Source of the DNA: Brachybacterium avium
GTDB taxonomy: Bacteria; Actinomycetota; Actinomycetes; Actinomycetales; Dermabacteraceae
Direction of reading: 5' to 3'
Assembly: GCF_002216795.1 (NCBI RefSeq)
Contig: NZ_CP022316.1
Span: 2,445,205 to 2,509,204, forward strand
DNA: 64,000 nt
Positions 56,606 through 64,000 of the stretch are shown piece after piece. Under the pieces are notes generated by a model that was not told the DNA's origin, made no database searches, and worked only from the letters and a program-made list of their open reading frames with translations. Each line of letters opens with the position of its first letter. Position 1 is the first letter of the stretch. Position numbers and translations under genes: made by a program.

Positions 56606-58117
56606 TCAGAGCCGGGCCTCGAGCCGTCCAGCGACCACGGTCGCCAGCACCCAGGTCTCCCGCAGCCGCTCCGCCGTCTCCCGGGCCGCGGAGTCGTCCA
56701 TCAGGCCGTCGGCCCCCAGCGGCACGTCGGCGAAGGGGTCCTCCTCCAGCAGCACCACATCACCCACCCCGCCCACCTGGAGGGAGGTGACGCCGTCGGT
56801 CGAGGCGGCGAGGGCCTCGCGGGGCTGCAGCTGCTGCTCGGGATGCCAGCCCGAGCGCTCATCGGCGCTGCGGTGCACGGCGGCGGCCATCGCCAGCCAC
56901 GGGTCCAGCGGCGCGACCGGGGCATCGGAACCCAGCGCGAGCGGCACCCCGGCGCGCAGCAGATCCCGCAGCCGGAAGGCCTGGGTGCCGTGGCCGGGCC
57001 AGAGGGACTCGGTGGCATCACGATCGTCCAGCAGGTGCGCGGGCTGCACGGAGGCGGTGACGCCGAGGGCCGCCATCGCGTCGATGTCGTCTTCGGTGAG
57101 CATCTGCGCATGCTCGATGCTCGCGGTGATGCCGACGGCCCGGATCGCCTCGAGCGCGACCTGCGCGGCGGCATCGCCGATCGCATGCACCGCCGCGTCG
57201 AGCCCCTGGGCCTTCGCCTGGGCAAGGGCGTCCCGCAGCGCCTGCGGGCCCACGCTGAGGACCCCGCGCCCGGCATAGCCATGGCCGTCGGTGTACGCAT
57301 CGCGGGTGTATGCCGAATGGGAGCCGAGCGCCCCGTCGACGATCACCTTCAGCGGGCCCATCGTCACCAGGCCCCGCGCATCCAGCACCGTCCCCGTCGG
57401 GCCGGGGGCCGCCGCGAGCTCCTCGGGATAGACGGAGGTGCGGATCCGCATCCGCGGCGCACGCAACGGCCAGGTCTCCCAGGGACGCCCCCACTCCATG
57501 TCCACCAGCCCCACCACCCCGCGCTGCAGCGCCTGCCGCTGCATCATCGCCGCCCCGGTCGCAACGGCATCGGCGACCCCGGGCAGCACCGGCAGCAGGG
57601 GGACCACCGAGAACCACTCCTCCTCGGCCACGATCCCGTCCCGCGGGGGCAGCGCCAGCCGATGCAGCGCCGCCGAGTTCAGCCAGGCATGGTGGGCATC
57701 CCCGCCGATCAGCACCGTCGGGACCGAGCCCGTCGCCTCGTCGAGCGCCGGCACCGTCGGCTGCACGGCGAAGTCCACCAGGCGATGCCCGAACCCGACC
57801 AGCGCCTGATCCCTCATGCCCGCCTCGCGGCGCGCGGCCAGCTCGGCCCGCACCAGCTCGAGGATCACCCCCACGCTGCCCGCGCCGCCGGTGTCCAGGC
57901 GGGCATGGGCCTGCGCGAGCTGCCCGGTGTGGACATGCCGGTCCCACAGCCCGGGGATCGCGAGCGCTCCCTCGCCGTCCAGGGCCTCCTCGCCGGGCAC
58001 GGGGGAGAGGTCCGGGGCGATCTCGGTGATCACGCCGTCATGGATCCGCAGGTCCACCGGCGCGTCAGGAGCTTCGCCCGTGGCGGCGTCGAACGGCCGC
58101 ACCTGTCTGATCAGCAC
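56606..58117 (-). CDS. amidohydrolase-family metal-dependent hydrolase (amidohydro_3-like)
   Basis: GTG start at about 58117 (VLIRQVRPFDAATG). HVHTGQ and AVHAIGDAA metal-binding blocks. The ORF continuation to 59239 is antisense to the ABC ATPase. Confidence 0.7.
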   Translation of the reverse strand: MLIRQVRPFDAATGEAPDAPVDLRIHDGVITEIAPDLSPVPGEEALDGEGALAIPGLWDRHVHTGQLAQAHARLDTGGAGSVGVILELVRAELAARREAGMRDQALVGFGHRLVDFAVQPTVPALDEATGSVPTVLIGGDAHHAWLNSAALHRLALPPRDGIVAEEEWFSVVPLLPVLPGVADAVATGAAMMQRQALQRGVVGLVDMEWGRPWETWPLRAPRMRIRTSVYPEELAAAPGPTGTVLDARGLVTMGPLKVIVDGALGSHSAYTRDAYTDGHGYAGRGVLSVGPQALRDALAQAKAQGLDAAVHAIGDAAAQVALEAIRAVGITASIEHAQMLTEDDIDAMAALGVTASVQPAHLLDDRDATESLWPGHGTQAFRLRDLLRAGVPLALGSDAPVAPLDPWLAMAAAVHRSADERSGWHPEQQLQPREALAASTDGVTSLQVGGVGDVVLLEEDPFADVPLGADGLMDDSAARETAERLRETWVLATVVAGRLEARL

Positions 58118-58219
58118 CGATCCAGAGTAGCCCCCGCCGGGCAGACCATGACGACTGTCATGGGCAGGGGGTGATCGCGGGGACTGGGGCGCGGCGCCCG
58201 CGGCCGGGAGGCTGGAGCC

Positions 58220-59176
58220 ATGACCACGACGACCGCGCCCGTTCCCGACACCTCGACCATCACCGCTGCGATCAGCCTCTGCGGCGTCACCAGGACCTAC
58301 GGCGGCGTTCGCGCCCTGGACAGCCTCGACCTCGAGATCCGCCCCGGCGAGATCGTCGCGCTGCTGGGCCCCAACGGTGCCGGCAAATCCACCGCGATGG
58401 AGATGATGGTGGGGATCGCGACACCGGAGGCCGGGCAGGTGCACATCCTCGGCACCGACCCAGCCACCGCCACCCGCACCGGACTGATCGGCACCATGCT
58501 CCAGGCCGGCGCGCTGCTGCCCGACCAGAGCGTCCGCTCGATGCTGCGGATGCTCCACTCCCTGCAGGCCCACCCCATGCCGATGGACGAGGTCGTCTCC
58601 CAGGCCGATGTCGGTGAGCTGCTGCGGCGGAAGATGGGGGCGCTCTCCGGCGGGCAGGCCCAGCGGGTCCGCTTCGCGATCGCCCTGCTCGGCGACCCGC
58701 AGGTGCTGCTGCTGGACGAGCCCACCGTCGGCATGGACATCGGCGCCCGCCGCGCCTTCTGGGGCCAGATGCGCGCCGTCGCCGCGACCGGCCGCACCGT
58801 CGTCTTCGCCACCCATCAGCTCGAGGAGGCCGAGCGCGAGGCCGCCCGCGTCGTGGTCATGGATCGCGGCCGCGTGGTCGCCGACGGCACCGGCGCCGAG
58901 ATCAGCGCCGCCGTCGCCGGGCGCGTGATCACCCTGGGCGGCGTCGCGCCCGCCCAGATCGCGAACCTTCCCGGGGTCGAGAGCGCCGCGGCCGACGAGA
59001 CCGACCCGCGCCGGGTGCGCGCCCTCTGCACGGACTCCGATGCGGCACTGGCCGCACTGTTCACCGGACCCCTCGCCGCCGAGGTCCACGAGGTCCTGGT
59101 CTCCGCACCCGGCCTCGAGGAGGCGTTCTTGCGCATCACCGACCACGACGCCGACCACGAAGGAGACCGCCGATGA
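58220..59176 (+). CDS. ABC transporter ATP-binding protein
   Basis: Walker A GPNGAGKST. Signature LSGGQAQR. Walker B LLLDEPT. Confidence 0.85.
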   Translation: MTTTTAPVPDTSTITAAISLCGVTRTYGGVRALDSLDLEIRPGEIVALLGPNGAGKSTAMEMMVGIATPEAGQVHILGTDPATATRTGLIGTMLQAGALLPDQSVRSMLRMLHSLQAHPMPMDEVVSQADVGELLRRKMGALSGGQAQRVRFAIALLGDPQVLLLDEPTVGMDIGARRAFWGQMRAVAATGRTVVFATHQLEEAEREAARVVVMDRGRVVADGTGAEISAAVAGRVITLGGVAPAQIANLPGVESAAADETDPRRVRALCTDSDAALAALFTGPLAAEVHEVLVSAPGLEEAFLRITDHDADHEGDRR

Positions 59177-60039
59177 GCCACCCCGCCGCCACCGCTGCAG
59201 GAACCACCACCGACCTTCGGAGCTCCGCCATGACGTCACCGCCCGAGAACATCACGCTCACGTCCACAGCGCCTGCCGCCCGCGCCGCGGCCGCCCCCTC
59301 GGACGCCTCCCGCACTCTGCGCTATGCGCTGCACACCACGGCGATGACCGTCACCGACGTCATGTTCATGGTCTTCACCATCGCGATGCCGGTGGGGATG
59401 TACCTGCTGTTCGGGATGATGTTCGGCGACCAGGGCGGGGGAGAGGCCCGCGGGATGATCATGGTGAACATGGCCGCCTACGGCGGGCTCGGCGCCGCCG
59501 TCACCGCCGGCACCCAGATCCAGGAGGACCAGCGCACCGGCTTCCTGCGCCAGCTGATCGTCGCCGGGCTGTCGCCGCGCTCCTTCCTGGCCGGTTCCGT
59601 GATGGCCGCCAGCGCCGTCATCATCCCGGCGCTGATCGCGGTGAGCGTGGTGGGGCTCGCGACCGGCGTCGAGGTCGGCCCGGCCGCATTCCTCCTCACC
59701 ATCGTGGTGCTCTGGCTGGGGCTGCTGCCCACGATCCTCATCGGCATCGTGCTCGGCATGGTGCTCAAGGGCGGCACCGCGATGGCCGGCGGCGTCGTCA
59801 CCATGATGGCGATGGCGATCTTCGGCGGGCTCTGGATGCCGCTGGAGATGTTCCCGACCTGGATGCAGCAGATCGGTCACGCGATCCCCACCTACTGGAT
59901 CTCCCAGCTGGGGCAGTGGTCGATGTACGGCGGAGACCTGCCGGTGACCGGGCTGCTGGTGATCGGTGCCTGGACCCTCGGGCTCGGCGTGCTGTGCGCC
60001 CTCAGCCTGCGCGGCGCGGTGGGCCTGAAGCGCCGCTGA
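59173..60039 (+). CDS. ABC-2 type transporter permease
   Basis: 288 aa, 6 TM. ATGA overlap with the ATPase. Confidence 0.75.
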   Translation: MSHPAATAAGTTTDLRSSAMTSPPENITLTSTAPAARAAAAPSDASRTLRYALHTTAMTVTDVMFMVFTIAMPVGMYLLFGMMFGDQGGGEARGMIMVNMAAYGGLGAAVTAGTQIQEDQRTGFLRQLIVAGLSPRSFLAGSVMAASAVIIPALIAVSVVGLATGVEVGPAAFLLTIVVLWLGLLPTILIGIVLGMVLKGGTAMAGGVVTMMAMAIFGGLWMPLEMFPTWMQQIGHAIPTYWISQLGQWSMYGGDLPVTGLLVIGAWTLGLGVLCALSLRGAVGLKRR

Positions 60040-60043
60040 CACA

Positions 60044-61204
60044 ATGACCTCCATGCGGACACGTGAGGCGATCGAGCGGGAGACCTGGGTGCGCGGCACC
60101 GAGGCAGAGGCCGCGGCACGCCCCGTCACCCCGCGCGGGATCCTGCGGGCAGCGAAGGAGTCCGGCGGGCTCGCCTTCTCGATCCCCCCGGTGCTGTTCA
60201 TCATGATCCCCGTCGTGTTCGCGTGGACCCAGGCGCCCGCCCGCGCGGCGCTGCTGGTGACGGTGATGCTCGCGCTCTATGCGCTCCTGTTCGTCGCCAC
60301 CAGCGGCATCGGCCTCTACCCGCTGCGGATACGGGTGCTCTGGTTCGCGGCCTGCACCCTGCTGCTGCTGGCCATGATCCCGCTGCTCGGACCGAACCTG
60401 CTGTTCATGGTGATGTTCCAGGCCATGACGCACGTGCTGCTGCTGCCCTGGCGCTGGGCGCTGCCCTCGATGCTGCTGATGAGCCTGACCGTCGTGGTGC
60501 TCGCCTTCGTCCTGGACGTGCCGATCGCGGCCGGCCTGGCGGTGATGGGCACAGTGATGTCCTGGGGCATCGGGTACGGGGTGCGCCAGCAGATGCTCCA
60601 GGAGCAGCTCGAGGCCGCCCAGCAGCGCAACGCCGTGCTCGCCGTCGCCGCGGAGCGCGAGCGGATCGGCCGCGACCTCCACGACCTCGTCGGCCACTCC
60701 CTCACCTCGCTGACCATCTCCGCGCAGCTCGCCCGCCGCCTGCTGGACTCGGACCCCGAGGCGGCCCGCATCCAGCTCGAGCACATCGAGGTCACCGTGC
60801 GCCAGGCGCTCGCGGACGTCCGCGCGACCGCCAGCGGCATGCAGCACGTGCGCGCCGCGACCGAGATCGCCTCCGCCCGCACGGTGCTGGGCACCGTCGG
60901 CATCCAGGCCGAGGTCCCCACCGCGCTGCCCCCGTTGCACGACGACCTCGCCGAGCTGTTCGGCTTCGTCATCCGCGAAGGGGTCACCAACATCGTGCGC
61001 CACTCCCGCGCCACCCGCGCCGAGATCCGCGTCGACGAGAACTCCGTGAGCGTCGAGGACGACGGCGTCGGCATCGCCCAGGGCGCGGAGCGCTCCGGGC
61101 TGCGCGGCCTCGAGGCGCGGGTGGCGCTCGCCGGCGGTCGCCTCGAGGTGGCCTCCAGCGAGACCGGCACCCGCGTCACCGCAGTGATGGGAGCGACCTC
61201 ATGA
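60044..61204 (+). CDS. sensor histidine kinase, HisKA_3 family (membrane, no large extracytoplasmic domain)
   Basis: N-terminal TM block. H-box ERERIGRDLHDLVGHSLTSL. HATPase_c (REGVTNIVRHS...DDGVG). Confidence 0.8.
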   Translation: MTSMRTREAIERETWVRGTEAEAAARPVTPRGILRAAKESGGLAFSIPPVLFIMIPVVFAWTQAPARAALLVTVMLALYALLFVATSGIGLYPLRIRVLWFAACTLLLLAMIPLLGPNLLFMVMFQAMTHVLLLPWRWALPSMLLMSLTVVVLAFVLDVPIAAGLAVMGTVMSWGIGYGVRQQMLQEQLEAAQQRNAVLAVAAERERIGRDLHDLVGHSLTSLTISAQLARRLLDSDPEAARIQLEHIEVTVRQALADVRATASGMQHVRAATEIASARTVLGTVGIQAEVPTALPPLHDDLAELFGFVIREGVTNIVRHSRATRAEIRVDENSVSVEDDGVGIAQGAERSGLRGLEARVALAGGRLEVASSETGTRVTAVMGATS

Positions 61205-61836
61205 TCCGCCTGGTGGTCGCGGACGACCAGGCGATCCTGCGCTCCGGCCTGGTCGCGCTGCTGGGCCTGGAATCCGATGTGGAGGTGGTGGGGGAGGCGG
61301 CCGACGGGGCGGGCACCCTCGCCGCCGTCGCCGAGCATCACCCCGATGTGCTGCTGCTGGACGTGCAGATGCCGGCCGGCACCACGGCCGACGGGAAGCC
61401 CGGACCGAAGGACGGCATCGCCGTCGCCGAGACCCTGCGAGGAGCCGCGCAGGCGCCGCGGATCATCGTGCTGACCACCTTCGGCAGGGCCGGCTACCTG
61501 CGCCGCACCATGGAGGCCGGGGCCGGCGGGTTCATGGTCAAGGACACCCCCGTCGAGCAGCTGGTGGACGCGATCCGCCGCGTCCACCAGGGATTGCGGG
61601 TGGTGGATCCGGAGCTGGCCGCCCAGTCCCTCGCCGTCGGCTCCAGCCCGCTGACGCTCAAGGAGACCGAGGTGCTGCAGGCCGCCGCCGCCGGCGGCAC
61701 CACCGCCCGCATCGCCCAGTCCCTCTTCCTCTCCGAGGGCACCGTGCGCAACCACATCTCCGCCGCGATCGGGAAGCTCGGGGTGACGGGCCGTGCCGAG
61801 GCCGTGAGGGCCGCCTCCGAGAACGGCTGGATCTGA
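61201..61836 (+). CDS. two-component response regulator, NarL/LuxR family
   Basis: Receiver (RLVVADDQAILRSGL...LLLDVQMP) plus LuxR HTH (LTLKETEVLQAAAAGGTTARIA). ATGA overlap with the HK. Confidence 0.85.
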   Translation: MIRLVVADDQAILRSGLVALLGLESDVEVVGEAADGAGTLAAVAEHHPDVLLLDVQMPAGTTADGKPGPKDGIAVAETLRGAAQAPRIIVLTTFGRAGYLRRTMEAGAGGFMVKDTPVEQLVDAIRRVHQGLRVVDPELAAQSLAVGSSPLTLKETEVLQAAAAGGTTARIAQSLFLSEGTVRNHISAAIGKLGVTGRAEAVRAASENGWI

Positions 61837-61869
61837 GCCCTCCGCAGTCCGGCCGCGTACCCTGCCGGG

Positions 61870-62808
61870 GTGACCACGATCGAATCCCTGCTCGGCATGC
61901 TGATCAACATCAGCGTCCCGGCCTTCGCGATCGCGTCCATGCTCTCGATGGGGCTGCGCACCCCGCTGCGCGCCTTCCGCCGGCAGCTGCGCGACCGTCG
62001 CACCGTCTTCGCCGTGCTCGGTGCGAACTTCGTGGTGGTCCCGGCCGTGGGCACCCTGCTGATCTGGCTTATGGAGGGGCTGCTCCCGCACCAGACCGGC
62101 GAGGGCTTCGTCATCGCCCTGTGCGCCGCCGGCGCCCCCTTCGTGCTGCAGCTCGGGGCGATGGCGCGCATCCCCTACGGCGAGACCGCCGGACCGATGG
62201 CGGTGCTGCTGCTCGGCTCGATCCTCTTCATGCCGCTGGTGGTGCCGTTCCTGCTGCAGGACGTGTCCGTCCACGGCTGGTCGGTGGCACGGCTGCTGCT
62301 GGGCACCATGCTCTCGCCGATGATCGCGGGCATCGTCATCGCCGCCGTCTGGCCGGGGCGCGCCGATCGGTTCGCGCGCATCGCGGGCGGTGTCGCCGCG
62401 GTCTCCGCGGTGCTGATGTTCCTCTCCGGCTTCGGGGCGAACAGCGGTCTGGTGCTGAGCCTGGTGTTCTCTCCAGTGCTGCTGGTGGCCGCAGGCCTGG
62501 TGGCGCTGGCGTTCGTCGCCGGGCGCTTCGCCGGTGACCTGGCAGGGGAGACCCTCACCGTGCCCGACGGCCCCGCGATCCTCACCAGCCAGCGCAACAT
62601 CGCCGCCGCCCTGCTGGTGGCCCGCACCGGGACCGGCGGAGCGGACGGCGACGGCTCGATCGTGGTCGCGATCCTGCTGCTCAGCGCCGTCGGCTTCGTG
62701 ATGCTGGTGCCCTACGCCCTGCTCAGCGGGGTGCTGCGCCGCCACCGGGCGGGGGAGAAGATCTCCCTCGGGGTGCTGCTGGGCGTCGTCGGCCCGAAGA
62801 GCGACTGA
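61870..62808 (+). CDS. bile acid:sodium symporter (BASS/AEC-like) family transporter
   Basis: 312 aa, 8-10 TM. Weak family resemblance only. Confidence 0.5.
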   Translation: MTTIESLLGMLINISVPAFAIASMLSMGLRTPLRAFRRQLRDRRTVFAVLGANFVVVPAVGTLLIWLMEGLLPHQTGEGFVIALCAAGAPFVLQLGAMARIPYGETAGPMAVLLLGSILFMPLVVPFLLQDVSVHGWSVARLLLGTMLSPMIAGIVIAAVWPGRADRFARIAGGVAAVSAVLMFLSGFGANSGLVLSLVFSPVLLVAAGLVALAFVAGRFAGDLAGETLTVPDGPAILTSQRNIAAALLVARTGTGGADGDGSIVVAILLLSAVGFVMLVPYALLSGVLRRHRAGEKISLGVLLGVVGPKSD

Positions 62809-62810
62809 GC

Positions 62811-63006
62811 ACCGCGCCGCGCTGCGCACTGCACCCCCGCGCGCCGCGCTGCGTCCCTGCGCTGCGCTGCTCCGCCTCGCGCCGCGCTGCGTTACCCCTC
62901 GGTACCCAGTCTGAGCTGTCGCTATCGCGTTACGGCGGCGACAGCTGAGGCAGGTTACTGAGGAGTACCAGACTTGCGCCGACGAGCCAGTCTTGCGCCG
63001 ACGAGC
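62811..63006. repeat. GC-rich array of short direct repeats (GCGCCGCGCTGCG x3; CAG(A/T)CTTGCGCCGACGAGC x2) with an embedded 9-bp-stem hairpin
   Basis: 13-mer copies at about 62811, 62843 and 62879. A 19-mer tandem at 62969-63006. Hairpin agctgtcgc-N13-gcgacagct at about 62910-62950. Confidence 0.6.
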
Positions 63007-63099
63007 AGGTTGCCGGGTGCCGAGGAGTCCGGGTGCCGCGGAGCATGGGGAGAGGAGTCCCACGTGGGCAGGCGCTGTGCGGACACCTAGGCTTGAGCG

Positions 63100-63999
63100 G
63101 TGTCCTCCCTGCTGCGCATCATCCGCTTCACCCGTGCCCTCGCCCCGCTGTACACCGCGATCATCGTCTGCTCGGTGCTCACCGCGGTCGCGGGCCTGGC
63201 GGTCCCCTTCCTGATCGGTCATGCCACAGACACCGTGGCCGGCGCTGTGAACGGCCAGACCGCGACCGGCACCGCAGTGCGGACCGTGCTCCTGATCGCC
63301 GGGGCGGTGCTGCTGGCGGAGCTGGCCGTGACCGTGATCTCCAACGTTGGCGGATGGTTCGGCGACGTGATGAGCAACCGGATGCGCACCATCCTCTCGG
63401 TGCGCTACTACGACAAGCTGCTGCACCTGCCGCAGCGCTGGTTCGACGGCGAGATCACCGGCACCATCGTGGCCCGGTTGAACCGTTCGATCACCGAGAT
63501 CACGAACTTCACCAAGATGATGTCGAACTCCTTCGCCTCGATGCTGATCACCACCGTCGCGGTGCTCGCCATCAGCGCCTGGTACGCCTGGCCGCTCACC
63601 GTGCTGCTGCTCATCGTGTTCCCCGTCTACGTGTGGCTGACCTCGTTGACCTCCGTGAAGTGGCAGCGCCTCGAGGGGCGCAAGAACGAGCAGATCGATA
63701 TCGCCTCGGGCCGCTTCGCCGAGGTGGTCGGCCAGATCCGGGTGGTGAAGTCCTTCGTGCGCGAGCGCGGGGAGCTCGAGGACTTCTCCCGCCGCTTCCG
63801 CTCCACCGATGCGACCACCCGCGAGCAGTCCACCCACTGGCACCGGATGGACGTGATCCGGCGGGCGTTCCTGAACCTCATCTTCTTCGGGATCTACGCG
63901 ATCATCTTCGTGCGCACCGTGCAGGGTGCCTTCTCCCTCGGCGAGATGGTGCTGCTGGTGCAGCTGATGGCCATGGCCAAGGCGCCGGTGGAGTCGATG
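63100..63999 (+). CDS. ABC exporter, fused TMD(-NBD) type, 5' partial (runs off window end)
   Basis: GTG start. VSSLLRIIRFTRALAPLYTAIIV... six-TM ABC_membrane domain pattern (ITNFTKMMSNSFASMLITTVAV). Confidence 0.7.
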   Translation, partial: MSSLLRIIRFTRALAPLYTAIIVCSVLTAVAGLAVPFLIGHATDTVAGAVNGQTATGTAVRTVLLIAGAVLLAELAVTVISNVGGWFGDVMSNRMRTILSVRYYDKLLHLPQRWFDGEITGTIVARLNRSITEITNFTKMMSNSFASMLITTVAVLAISAWYAWPLTVLLLIVFPVYVWLTSLTSVKWQRLEGRKNEQIDIASGRFAEVVGQIRVVKSFVRERGELEDFSRRFRSTDATTREQSTHWHRMDVIRRAFLNLIFFGIYAIIFVRTVQGAFSLGEMVLLVQLMAMAKAPVESM

Positions 64000-64000
64000 A

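Noticed and set aside
58118-59239. Upstream 374 codons of ORF 56606-59239 (-)
   Set aside because: Antisense to the ABC ATPase gene. The amidohydrolase homology starts at about 58117.
62811-63006. CRISPR array hypothesis for the repeat-dense spacer
   Set aside because: Repeats are 13-19 nt, irregularly spaced and partly tandem with no unique spacers, and there are no cas genes in the window.

Overview
This window is high-GC (about 70%) actinobacterial chromosomal DNA, probably Micrococcales-like, and almost entirely coding. About 55 genes can be supported. Many are translationally coupled (ATGA/TTGA start-stop overlaps). Coordinates derived by hand may be off by 1-3 nt.

Main content, in order:
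- Sulfated/fucosylated glycan catabolism: a GH29 alpha-L-fucosidase coupled to a Cys-type sulfatase (187-3062), a formylglycine-generating enzyme (10318-11289), and a LacI-controlled operon of sugar ABC transporter plus a second sulfatase (25739-31828).
- A secreted DUF1343(NamZ-like)/GH3(NagZ-like) pair (11471-14621).
- A two-component system with a DHA2 MFS pump (3100-6758), and a second ABC-2 transporter with HisKA_3 kinase and LuxR regulator module (58220-61836).
- An AddAB/AdnAB-like helicase-nuclease pair with a P-loop kinase (18960-25601).
- A DUF222-HNH protein, then an AT-richer intergenic region dense in same-orientation DnaA-box-like 9-mers and tandem repeats, then an AAA ATPase with a winged helix (39356-42990).
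- A MerR-PP2C fusion regulator.
- A BlaI/CopY-type repressor coupled to a sensor-less M56 (BlaR1-like) peptidase and a CxxC membrane protein. Its promoter shares a CATTACTAT-N5-ATAGT dyad with the promoter of a dsbA-ccdA-lipoprotein operon 5 kb away.

That shared dyad and the DnaA-box/iteron cluster are the two most unusual signals. Also noted: an MFS pseudogene with two frameshifts, an SPFH gene with a frameshift, and a repeat-dense GC-rich spacer upstream of a partial ABC exporter. No tRNA, rRNA or CRISPR array is evident. Many long ORFs in the six-frame track are antisense or read-through artefacts of the high GC content and are listed as rejected.
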